Source of the DNA: Octopus sinensis
Lineage: Eukaryota
DNA length: 64,000 bases
Reading direction: 5' to 3'
NCBI RefSeq assembly: GCF_006345805.1
Contig: NW_021833586.1
Coordinates: 14,847 to 78,846, forward strand
Below the pieces are notes generated by a model. The model saw only the letters and a list, made by a program, of their open reading frames with translations. It searched no databases and was not told the DNA's origin. Shown here piece by piece: positions 11,631 to 23,800 of the stretch (positions within the stretch are counted from its first letter, which is position 1; each line of letters opens with the position of its first letter). The translations under genes and the position numbers were made by a program.

Positions 11631-11840
11631 AAGCAGCAACAACAACATCAACAACAGGTTCAGCACCATTGTCCATACCATGAACAGCTACAGGACCAAC
11701 GGCAACAGCAGGAGAGTCGCCCCCATCGACACCAGAAAGAAGATAAACAACAACAACCTACGAACCATCAACAAAACCGTCAGAATCATCATTATTATCA
11801 ACATCGAGAGCAGTTAAATTATCACCAACAACAACACTAA
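11631..11840 (+). other. Displaced (or splice-restored) 69-codon Hox C-terminal coding tail
   Basis: Open frame KQQQQHQQQVQHHCPYHEQ...HQQQH*, homologous to 11071-11244 and in frame with the exon once the SINE is removed. Confidence 0.7.
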
Positions 11841-11905
11841 CAACAGCAAAAACAACATCATCGAGAGCAAAATAATGTCCATGTGTGCGTAATTCAAGTG
11901 TATGT

Positions 11906-11911
11906 AATAAA
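11906..11911 (+). terminator. Candidate polyadenylation signal of the Hox gene
   Basis: AATAAA ~65 nt after the TAA at 11838-11840, ATTAAA at 11934-11939, then a T-rich tract. Confidence 0.4.
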
Positions 11912-12233
11912 CGAGATGCGGGAATTCACTCCCATTAAACCTGTATATTTTATCTTTTCTTTTACTTCTTTCAGGACTAACGGCCATGTTGGGGTACCAC
12001 CTTGAAGACTTTTTAGTCGAATGAATCAATCCCAGTACCTTTTTAAAGTCTGGTACTTATTCATCACAAACGATGAGCTTCTTTCAGTTTCCGCCTAACA
12101 TATCCAATCATAAGTCTTTTGGTCGGCCCCAGGCTATAATAAAACAGACTTTCCCAAGTGCCACGCATTAGGCTGAACCCGTAACTATATTGCATAAATG
12201 CATGTATAAATACGTATATGCATCTATCTATCC

Positions 12234-12310
<77 letters not shown>

Positions 12311-12349
12311 ACTACCTACCTATCTATCTATGACACGTATATTATATTA

Positions 12350-12758
12350 CTCTCTACTCTTTACTCTTTTACTTGTTTAAGTCATTTGACTGCGGCCATG
12401 CTGGAGCACCGCCTTTAGTCGAGCAAATCGACCCCGGGACTTATTCTTTGTAAGCCCAGTACTTATTCTATCGGTCTCTTTTTGCCGAGCCGCTAAGTGA
12501 CGGGGATGTAAACACACCAGCATCGGTTGTCAAGCAATGCTAGAGGGATAAACACACACACACAAACACATACATATATATATATACATATATACGACAG
12601 GCTTCTTTCAGTTTCCGTCTACCAAATTCACTCACAAGGCATTGATCGGCCCGGGGCTATAGCAGAAAACATTTGCCCAAGGTGCCATGCAGTGGGACTG
12701 AACCCGGAACGATGTGGTTGGTTAGCAAGCTACTTACCACACAGCCACTCCTGCGCCT
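12350..12758 (-). mobile_element. SINE family B, full length
   Basis: Reverse complement of the 7487 copy. Confidence 0.85.
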
Positions 12759-13565
12759 ATTAATGCATATATGTATAGTAACTTGTCTCACTATGTTCGC
12801 AGTTTTAGTAGCTGATAAACTGAACTATTATATATGAACTCCATCATGCACACACGCGCACACGCACACACACAGTGCGTTTGTTGTTATCTTCTATGTC
12901 CTTCCTGTTGGGGCGTTAATTCTGGGCACCGGTGTGTAGTAATAATAAATGGAATTTACCTGAAGCTTCCGAATGAGAGAGCGAGCCTACGTAAACAAAA
13001 TTACAACAAAACAATAATGTCAGACTGAATGAGTAATAGAAAGTATGATAGGCGGGGGGGGGGAGATGAAGTGAGTAAGACAATGAGAAAGTGAATGATA
13101 CAGGGACCACGTGGTTAATCGATAGAGCTCCTGAAGAGACATTTTTTTTTGGTTCTTTGTTTTCTAAGTGTTATCGCAATAACGAGAGTGCACTCGGTCA
13201 CTGTTACCTAATGATCATAGGATCACTTTACAATATTGGCAGCAAGGCTAAGTGGACAGAAATTGATTATATCACATGCTGTGTGACGTAATGTATAATT
13301 AATTATAACGACACGCATATGTTTGCACGTATGTATGTATGTATGTATGTATGTATGTATGTATGGAGGCTTTATGGCCTGTGAAAGGATGAAAGGCCAA
13401 AGATGAACATAAGTGCATGAATGTATTTGAAACCCAAGAGCGTGAAGCATGAAGCTAAATACTGCAATACATTTAGTTTAGCTTCAGTTTATTATTGCAT
13501 ATATATACATACATACATACATATATACACATGTATTAATGTATACATATATATTATATAATATA

Positions 13566-13624
<59 letters not shown>

Positions 13625-13632
13625 ACAGGACC

Positions 13633-14016
13633 CGCAGGAGTGACTGTGTGGTTAGTTAGTAGCTTGCTAACCAACAACATGGTTCCGGGTTCAGTTCCAT
13701 TGCGTGGCATCTTGGGCCAGTGTCTTCTGCCTTGTGAGTGGATTTGGTAGACGGAAACTGAAAGAAGCCTGTCGTATATATGAATATATATATATGTGTG
13801 TGTGTGTGTTTGTGTGTCTGTGTTTGTCACCCCTAGCATTGCTTGACAACCGATGCTGGTGTGTTTACCTCCCGGTCACTTAGCGGTTCGGCAAAAGAGA
13901 CCGATAGAATAAGTACTGGGCTTACAAAGAATAAGTCCTGGGGTCGATTTGCTCGACTAAAGGCGGTGCTCCAGCATGGCCGCAGTCAAAATAACTGAAA
14001 CAAGTAAAAGAGTAAA
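13633..14016 (+). mobile_element. SINE family B, followed by an extra tail fragment at ~14225-14365
   Basis: Matches other family B copies. Confidence 0.85.
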
Positions 14017-14935
14017 GTGTAAAAAGTATATATATATATAAGTATATATATACGTGTTTGTGTATATATATATCTACGTATATATGTATCGTAGTAATAG
14101 TTCGATCACTGTATTCGCTATATAGTTTATATTGATCTTATGCAGCAAATGTTAAGAGCACTAGATAAACTTGATTTACTGTATATCACAGCTTTCATCT
14201 ACATATCTACATAAATCTAACTAAGTTACTTAGCGGTTCGGCAAAAGAGACCGATAAAATAAGTACTGGGCTTACAAAAGAATAAGTCCCGGGGTCGACT
14301 TGCTCGATTAAAGGTGGTGCTCCAGCATGGCCGCAGTCAAATGACTGAAACAAGTAAAAGAAAAAATATATATATATAAATGAATATTCACCTGTCACAG
14401 GTACTAATCCAACTGTCTAATATATCTTTGTTTATGAGTATATGCCTAAATAATTGTGCGTGAGTGCTAAATATATATATATATATATACAGGATTGAAA
14501 TTCGAGCTGCTGTTAGTTTCATACTGTAGAACCACAATGGTTGCACAAGCATATCCAGCAGGCCGTTTGTTTCCAAGCAATCTTTGAGACTCAAATGCAT
14601 AACATAGCTGGTATTTGAGAAAGAAAACGTGTAAAACCAGCGTCGTTTTTTTCTGCTTTTTTTGTTTTGTTTTAGAGACTAGTCATGTTGTATATTTAAA
14701 CGGCCAAAATTGCTTGGAATCATACGGGGCAAAGCATAAGAGCTTTTCCGGTCATCGTTGTTTCACAGCATGATACTAACACTGGTTTGAACTTAAATCC
14801 TGTGTGAAATAAACAATATTAATCTCTCACGCGATGGAGTGCTCGTTTGTTGATCCCGCGAATAGCGGAATAGAGCATCATATACATAGATACCCATACA
14901 TATACATACATGCACACACACACACACACACACAC

Positions 14936-14971
<36 letters not shown>

Positions 14972-15058
14972 ATGTAGGATAAAATTTTTTTCGAAAAAAC
15001 ATTTTATCAATGGCCAGCATATCAAAAAATACTTTTAAAGGTTAAATTTATAAATAAC

Positions 15059-15461
15059 ATATAAAATAAGGGCAAAAGAAAAATTATAATGCCAAATATG
15101 CCGAAAAAGACAAAATTGTCAATAACCATTATAATTTAAGCGTCTCGAAATAAGCCGACAGAAATTTCTTTAAAAATCCGTTAATACCGTATTGGTCTCA
15201 ATTTCGGGGTTAATTCATCTGCTCAGGACTTAGTGCTTGCTTTTTCCATGGGTATGAGTAAGTATTTCATTTATGTCTTACGTATTTATCACTGAGGAGG
15301 GGAAAATTCTTATGAATTAACCCCGAAATTGGGACCAATACGGTAATAACGGATTTTTTTAGAAATTTCTGTCGGCTTGTTTCGAGACGCTTAAATTATA
15401 ATGGTTATTGACAATTTTGTCTTTTTCGGCATATTTGGCACTAGAATTTTTCTTTCGTCCT

Positions 15462-15471
<10 letters not shown>
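15059..15471. mobile_element. Foldback element with ~160-bp terminal inverted repeats
   Basis: 15059-15218 is the reverse complement of 15312-15471; a partial second copy lies at ~58155-58296. Confidence 0.85.
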
Positions 15472-15508
<37 letters not shown>

Positions 15509-16526
15509 ATATAATATATACAAAGGGCGGAGGAACTCTTGAGAGTCAACGGCCATCCAATAAATGTCTTAAGGCTGTATCATGCGAAGGAACAAAGAAA
15601 TAATCGGACTGTATACTTGATCGCGCGGTTAAACCATTGGGAGTGAAGGACTCCTAGCCTTTGTTAGGGCATCCTTCTAGGAGAAGGTAACTCGGGAAAC
15701 TGGGATAACTCCGGCATAAAACCTGCGGCTCAGTGGTTACCGATGATGTTGATTTGTTCTTCTTTTCGGATTATGGCTGCTGTTGCTTAGTGAGTGGGAT
15801 TGGCTCAGTGCACAGCCTTCCTTCACTTTAAAAAAAATCTTGTACAGGCATTGCACGATAACAACATTGATTAAGCTTTGTGCAATGGCCATACTCGATA
15901 ACGAGGAGGCAGCCACCATATATATATAGAGAGAGAGAAAGAGAGATGTACTTGCATAGCAAGTGATTTGATCTGAGATCGTGTGCTGGAACGAAAATAA
16001 TTGCAGCGTGGAAGGTGTTTGTAAGCCATATAAGAAGCACACAAAAGCCGTTCGATTCAGTTCAACATTTAAGTTTAATTTGACAAATTAAACCTAAATG
16101 ATAAAGTGAATCGAACGGCTTTGTACGATTTCTCTATAAGTGTGTTTACAAGGGGATCCTCAGAGAAGAGAATATGGAAGAGTTCAGAGTTGCAAATGTT
16201 ACAGAATCTCCTGCCCTTATCAAAAGGAAAGGATACAGACACCACCACGACCACTTATTAAGTCAATCCCACTCACTAAGCACCACCACCACCATAGCTT
16301 AACAACTGATGTTGATGTGTTTACGTCCCCGTCACTTAGCAGTTCGGCAAAAGAGACCGATAGAATTAGTAGTAGGCTCACAAAAGATTAAGTTCTGGGG
16401 TCGATTTCTTCGACAGAAACCCTTTAACGCAGTGCTCCAGCATGGCCGCAGTCTAATGACCGAAACAAATAAAAGCCTAAGAGCATAAAAGAACGTAAAT
16501 ATGTGTGCGGTGCTACCAACTCTTCC

Positions 16527-17430
16527 ATGACCACCACCACAACAACAAACATTACTACCACTATCACCACTACTATCTCAAACACCACCATCACGAGCAC
16601 TACTACCATCAATACCATGACCACCACCACAACTACAACCATTACAACCACCGTCACCACTACCATCTCAAACACCACCACCACCAGCACTATTATCACC
16701 ACTACCATAACCACCACCAGCACTACTACCATGACCACCACCACCACAACAACAACCATTACCACCACTACTATCTCAAACAGCACCAGCACCAGCACTA
16801 CTACAACCACTACCATGACCACCACCACAACTACAACCATCAGAACTACTATCTCAAACAGCACCACCACCAGCACTACTACAACCACTACCATGACCAC
16901 CACCACAACTACAACCATCAGAACTACTATCTCAAACAGCACCACCACAGCACTTACAACCACTACATGACCACCACCACAACTACAACCATCAGAACTA
17001 CTATCTCAAACAGCACCACCACCAGCACTACTACAACCCACTACCATGACCACCACCCACAACTACAACCATCAGAACTACTATCTCAAACAGCACCACC
17101 ACCAGCACTACTACAACCACTACCATGACCACCACCACAACTACAACCATCAGAACTACTATCTCAAACAGCACCACCACCAGCACTACTACAACCACTA
17201 CCAAGACCACCACCACAACTACAACCATCAGAACTACTATCTCAAACAGCACCACCACCAGCACTACTACAACCACTACCATGACCACCACCACAACTAC
17301 AACCATCAGAACTACTATCTCAAACAGCACCACCACCAGCACTACTACAACCACTACCATGACCACCACCACAACTACAACCATCAGAACTACTATCTCA
17401 AACAACGCCACCACCACCACCCACAACAAC
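16527..17430. repeat. ACC/ACT-derived minisatellite, 78-bp unit in the homogeneous part
   Basis: Unit starts recur at 17125, 17203, 17281 and 17359; frameshifts near 16968 and 17040-17060 break the Thr-rich frame. Confidence 0.9.
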
Positions 17431-17833
17431 AACAAAAGCCTTCATTGTATTGCAGCAGGTAAAAGAGAAGGGATGTCAGAAATATCGAAGACCCACAATC
17501 CACCCCACCCAAAACCCACCCCACCCCACCCCAGCCCGACCCCAGCACCAGAGATTCAGGTTTACGAAAGATCCTGTATTAAAATCTAAAGTGAAAACTC
17601 TTCTTCTTCCCGACATGTTGCTGCAATTTCACAATGCCTCTGCCATACTCACGCGCAGAACTCCTGGTTCCTAATTCTAGAGAAAATCGGTCGAATTAAA
17701 TATATTTTGTTTTTGTTGTTGTTGTTGTTGTTGTCCAGCCCCCAAGAAAGCCTAATCGAAGACATCCAGTCGTGACCAACCAACCTTTTATTCCGTGATC
17801 TTTATATAAAAATAACAGCCAAAAGAAGTGTTC

Positions 17834-20800
17834 GTTGGTTGGCTGGTTGGCTGGTTGGTCGGTTGGTGGGTGGGTCGGCAGAATGGCTGGAATGCCGTCT
17901 GTTTGGCTAGTTGGTTGGTTTGTCGGTTGGACGTGGAACGCCTGGTTGGCTGGTTTGTCATGTGTCGGCTGGTTGGCTGGTTTGTCGGTTGGTTGACTGG
18001 TTGGTTGGTCTGTCGGTTGGTTGACTGGTTGGCTGGTTTGTCGGTTGGTTGACTGGTTGGTTGGTCTGTCGGTTGGTTGCATGGTTGGCTGGTTTGTCGG
18101 TTGGTTGACTGGTTGGTTGGTCTGTCGGTTGGTTGAATGGTTGGCTGGTTTGTCGGTTGGTTGACTGGTTGGCTGGTTTGTCGGTTGGTTGACTGGTTGG
18201 TTGGTCTGTCGGTTGGTTGACTGGTTGGTTGGTCTGTCGGTTGGTTGACTGGTTGGCTGGTTTGTCGGTTGGTTGACTGGTTGGCTGGTTTGTCGGTTGG
18301 TTGACTGGTTGGTTGGTCTGTCGGTTGGTTGACTGGTTGGCTGGTTTGTCGGTTGGTTGCCTGGTTGGTTGGTCTGTCGGTTGGTTGACTGGTTGGCTGG
18401 TTTGTCGGTTGGTTGAATGGTTGGCTGGTTTGTCGGTTGGTTGACTGGTTGGCTGGTTTGTCGGTTGGTTGACTGGTTGGTTGGTCTGTCGGTTGGTTGA
18501 CTGGTTGGCTGGTTTGTCGGTTGTTGACTGGTTGGTTGGTCTGTCGGTTGGTTGACTGGTTGGTTGGTGTCGTCGGTTGGTTGACTGGTTGGCTGGTTTG
18601 TCGGTTGGTTGACTGGTTGGTTGGTCTGTCGGTTGGTTGACTGGTTGGCTGGTTTGTCGGTTGGTTGACTGGTTGGTTGGTCTGTCGGTTGGTTGACTGG
18701 TTGGCTGGTTTGTCGGTTGGTTGACTGGTTGGTTGGTCTGTCGGTTGGTTGACTGGTTGGTTGGTCTGTCGGTTGGTTGACTGGTTGGCTGGTTTGTCGG
18801 TTGGTCGTCGGCCGACTGGTTGGCTGGTTTGTCGGTTGGTTGAATGGTTGGTTGGTTTGTCGGTTGGTTGACTGGTTGGCTGGTTTGTCGGTTGGTTGAC
18901 TGATTGGTTGGTCTGTCGGTTGGTTGACTGGTTGGCTGGTTTGTCGGTTGGTTGACTGGTTGGTTGGTCTGTCGGTTGGTTGACTGGTCTGGTTGGTTGG
19001 TCTGTCGGTTGGTTGACTGGTTGGCTGGTTTGTCGGTTGGTTGACTGGTTGGTTGGTCTGTCGTTGGTTGACTGGTTGGTTGGTCTGTCGGTTGGGTTGA
19101 CTGGTTGGCTGGTTTGTCGGTTGGTCGTCGGCCGACTGGTTGGCTGGTTTGTCGGTTGGTTGAATGGTTGGTTGGTTTGTCGGTTGGTTGACTGGTTGGT
19201 TGGTCTGTCGGTTGGTTGACTGGTTGGCTGGTTTGTCGGTTGGTTGACTGGTTGGTTGGTCTGTCGGTTGGTTGACTGGTTGGCTGGTTTGTCGGTTGGT
19301 TGACTGGTTGGTTGGTCTGTCGGTTGGTTGACTGGTTGGTTGGTCTGTCGGTTGGTTGACTGGTTGGCTGGTTTGTCGGTTGGTTGACTGGTTGGTTGGT
19401 CTGTCGGTTGGTTGACTGGTTGGTTGGTCTGTCGGTTGGTTGACTGGTTGGCTGGTTTGTCGGTTGGTTGAATGGTTGGTTGGTTTGTCGGTTGGTTGAC
19501 TGGTTGGTTGGTCTGTCGGTTGGTTGACTGGTTGGCTGGTTTGTCGGTTGGTTGACTGGTTGGTTGGTCTGTCGGTTGGTTGAATGGTTGGCTGGTTTGT
19601 CGGTTGGTTGACTGGTTGGCTGGTTTGTCGGTTGGTTGACTGGTTGGTTGGTCTGTCGGTGTGACTGGTTGGCTGGTTTGTCGGTTGGTTGACTGGTTGG
19701 TTGGTCTGTCGGTTGGTTGACTGGTTGCTTGGTCTGTCGGTTGGTTGACTGGTGGCTGGTTTGTCGGTTGGTCGTCGGCCGACTGGTTGGCTGGTTTGTC
19801 GGTTGGTTGAATGGTTGGTTGGTTTGTCGGTTGGTTGACTGGTTGGCTGGTTTGTCGGTTGTTTGGTTGACTGGTTGGGTTGGTTGGTCTGTCGGTTGGT
19901 TGACTGGTTGGCTGGTTTGTCGGTGGTTGACTGGTTGGTTGGTCTGTCGGTTGGTTGACTGGTGGCTGGTTTTGTCGGTTGGTTGACTGGTTGGCTGGTT
20001 TGTCGGTTGGTCGTCGGCCGACTGGTTGGCTGGTTTGTCGGTTGGTTGACTGGTTGGTTGGTTTGTCGGTTGGTTGACTGGTTGGCTGGTTTGTCGGTTG
20101 GTCGTCGGCCGACTGGTTGGCTGGTTTGTCGGTTGGTTGACTGGTTGGTTGGTTTGTCGGTTGGTTGACTGGTTGGTTGGTTTGTCGGTTGGTTGACTGG
20201 CTGGCTGGTTTGTCGGTTGGTCATCGGCCAACTGGTTGGCTGGTTTGTCGGTTGGACATATGTCAGCTGGTTGGTCGGTTGAATGGTTGGCTGGTTTGTC
20301 GGTTGGTCGTCGGTCGGCTAGTTGGTTGGTTTGTCGGTTGGACGTGGAACGCCTGGTTGGCTGGTTTGTCGGCTGGTTGGCTGGTTGGCTGGTTTGTCGG
20401 TTGGTTGACTGGTTGGTTGGTTTGTCGGTTGGTTGACTGGTTGGCTGGTTTGTCGGTTGGTTGACTGGTTGGCTGGTTTGTCGGTTGGTCGTCGGCCGAC
20501 TGGTTGGCTGGTTTGTCGGTTGGTTGACTGGTTGGTTGGTCTGTCGGTTGGTTGACTGGTTGGCTGGTTTGTCGGTTGGTTGACTGGTTGGCTGGTTTGT
20601 CGGTTGGTTGACTGGTTGGCTGGTTTGTCGGTTGGTTGACTGGTTGGTTGGTCTGTCGGTTGGTTGACTGGTTGGCTGGTTTGACGGTTGGTTGACTGGT
20701 TGGCTGGTTTGTCGGTTGGTCGTCAGCCGACTGGTTGGCTGGTTTGTCGGTTGGTTGACTGGTTGGTTGGTTGTCGGTTGTTGGTTGACTGGTTGGCTGG

Positions 20801-23800
20801 TTTGTCGGTTGGTCGTCGGCCGACGGTTGGCTGTTTGTCGGTTGGTTGACTGGTTGGTTGGTTTGTCGGTTGGTTGACTGGTTGGTTGGTTTGTCGGTTG
20901 GTTGACTGGCTGGCTGGTTTGTCGGTTGGTCATCGGCCAACTGGTTGGCTGGTTTGTCGGTTGGACATATGTCAGCTGGTTGGTCGGTTGAATGGTTGGC
21001 TGGTTTGTCGGTTGGTCGTCGGTCGGCTGGTTGGCTGGTTTGTCGGTTGGTTGACTGGGTGGTTGGTTTGTCGGTTGGTTGACTGGCTGGCTGGTTTGTC
21101 GGTTGGTCATCGGCCAACTGGTTGGCTGGTTTGTCGGTTGGACATATGTCAGCTGGTTGGTTGGTTGAATGGTAGGCTGGTTTGTCGGTTGGTCGTCGGT
21201 CGGCTGGTTGGCTGGTTTGTCGGTTGGTTGACTGGTTGGTTGGTGGGTCGGTTGGTTGACTGGTTGGCTGGTTTGTCGGTTGGTTGACTGGTTGGTTGGT
21301 TTGTCGGTTGGTTGACTGGTTGGTTGGTTTGTCGGTTGGTTGACTGGCTGGCTGGTTTGTCGGTTGGTCATCGGCCAACTGGTTGGCTGGTTTGTCGGTT
21401 GGACATATGTCAGCTGGTTGGTCGGTTGAATGGTTGGCTGGTTTGTCGGTTGGTTGACTGGTTGGTTGGTGGGTCGGTTGGTTGACTGGTTGGCTGGTTT
21501 GTGGGTTGGTCGTCGGCCGGCTGGTTGGGTGGTTTGTCAGTTGGTTGACTGGTTGGTTGGTGGGTCGGTTGGTTGACTGGTTGGCTGGTTTGTCGGTTGG
21601 TTGACTGGTTGGTTGGTTTGTCGGTTGGTTGACTGGTTGGCTGGTTTGTCGGTTGGTCATCGGCCAACTGGTTGGCTGGTTTGTCGGTTGGACATATGTC
21701 AGCTGGTTGGTTGGTTGAATGGTTGGCTGGTTTGTCGGTTGGTCGTCGGTCGGCTGGTTGGCTGGTTTGTCGGTTGGTTGACTGGTTGGTTGGTGGGTCG
21801 GTTGGTTGACTGGTTGGCTGGTTTGTCGGTTGGTCGTCGGCCAACTGGTTGGCTGGTTTGTCGGTTGGTTGACTGGTTGGTTGGTTTGTCGGTTGGTTGA
21901 CTGGTTGGTTGGTTTGTCGGTTGGTTGACTGGTTGGCTGGTTTGTCGGTTGGTCATCGGCCAACTGGTTGGCTGGTTTGTCGGTTGGTCGTCGATCAGCT
22001 GGCTGGCTGGTTTGTCAGTTGGTTTACTGGTTGGTTAACTGGTTGGCTGGTTTGTCGGTTGGACATATGTCAGCTGGTTGGTTGGTTTGTCGGGGTTTTT
22101 ACTGGTTGGTTGGTGGGTCAGTTTGTTGACAGGTTGGCTGGTTTGTCGGTTGGTCGTCGGTCGGCTGTTGGTTGGCTGGTTTGTCGGTTGGTTTACTGGT
22201 TGGTTGGTGGGTCGGTTGGTTTGACTGGTTGGCTGGTTTGTCAGTTGGACATATGTCAGCTGGTTGGTTGGTTGTCGGGTTGTTTACTGGTTGGTTGGTG
22301 GGTCGGTTGGTTGACTGGTTGGCTGGTTTGTCGGTTGGTCGTCGTGGCGGGCTGGTTGGCTGGTTTGTCGGTGGTTTACTGGTTGGTTGGTGGGTCGGTT
22401 GGTTGACTGGTTGGGGATGTTTGTCGGTTGGACATATGTAAGCTGGTTGGTTAGTTTGTCGGTTGGTTGACTGGTTGGCTGGTTTGTCGGTTGGTCGTCG
22501 GTCGGCTGGTCGGCTGGTTTGTCGGTTAGTTTACTGGTTGGTTGGTGGGTCGGTTGGTTGGTGTGTCGGGTGGTTGACTGGTTGGTTGGTTTGTCGGTTG
22601 GACATATGTCAGCTGGTTGGTTGGGTTGTCGGTTGGTTGACTGGTTGGTTTGTTGGTCGGTTGGTTGACTGGTTGGCTGGTTTGTCGGTCGGATATTTGT
22701 CAGCTGGTTGGTTGGTTTGTCGGTTGGTTGACTGGTCGGCTGGTTTGTCGGTTTGTCGTCGATCAGCTGGCTGGCTGGTTTGTCAGTTGGTTTACTGGTT
22801 GGTTGACTGGTTGGCTGGTTTGTGGGTTGGACATATGTCAGCTGGTTGGTTGGTTTGTCGGTTGGTTTACTGGTTGGTTGGTGGGTCAGTTTGTTGACAG
22901 GTTGGCTGGTTTGTCGGTTGGTCGTCGGTCGGCTGGTTGGCTTGTTTGTCGGTGGTTTACTGGTTGGTTGGTGGGTCGGTTGGTTGACTGGTTGGCTGGT
23001 TTGTCGGTTGGTCGTCGGTCGGCTGGTTGGCTGGTTTGTCGGTTGGTTTACTGGTTGGTTGGTGGGTCGGTTGGTTGACTGGTTGGCTGGTTTGTCGGTT
23101 GGACATATGTAAGCTGGTTGGTTAGTTTGTCAGTTGGTTGACTGGTTGGCTGGTTTGTCGGTTGGTCGTCGGTCGGCTGGTCGGCTGGTTTGTCGGTTAG
23201 TTTACTGGTTGGTTGGTGGGTCGGTTGGTTGTCTGGTTGGCTGGTTTGTCGGGTTGTTTACTTGTTGGTTGGTCTGTCGGTTGGTTGACTGGTTGGCTGG
23301 TTTGTCGGTTGGACATATGTCAGCTGGTTGGTTGGTCTGTCGGTTGGTTGACTGGTTGGCTGGTTTGTCGGTTGGACATATGTCAGCTGGTTGGTTGGTT
23401 TGTCGGTTGGTTTACTGGTTGGTTGGTGGGTCAGTTTGTTGACTGGTTGGCTGGTTTGTCGGTTGGTCGTCGGTCGGCTGGTTGGCTGGTTTGTCGGTTG
23501 GTTTACTGGTTGGTTGGTGGGTCGGTTGGTTGACTGGTTGGCTGGTTTGTCGGTTGGACATATGTCAGCTGGTTGGTTGGTTTGTCGGTTGGTTTACTGG
23601 CTGGTTGGTGGGTCGGTTGGTTGACTGGTTGGCTGGTTTGTCGGTTGGTCGTCGGTCGGCTGGTTGGCTGGTTTGTCGGTTGGTTGGCTTGTTAGTCGGT
23701 TTGTCGTCGGCCGACTGGTTGGCTGGTTTGTCGGTTGGTTTACTGGTTGGTTGGTGGGTCGGTTGGTTGACTGGTTGGCTGGTTTGTCGGTTGGTCGTCG

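Noticed and set aside
10985-11817. Alternative-frame ORFs 10985-11551 and 11440-11817 overlapping the Hox 3' end
   Set aside because: Off-frame readings of CAA/CAT-rich coding sequence and SINE; the Gln/His frame explains the region.
17696-21963. Very long reverse-strand ORFs (842, 1137 and 566 aa) of QPTN repeats
   Set aside because: They are translations of the GGTT satellite, open in all three reverse frames because the A/C-rich strand rarely forms stops; no unique domains.
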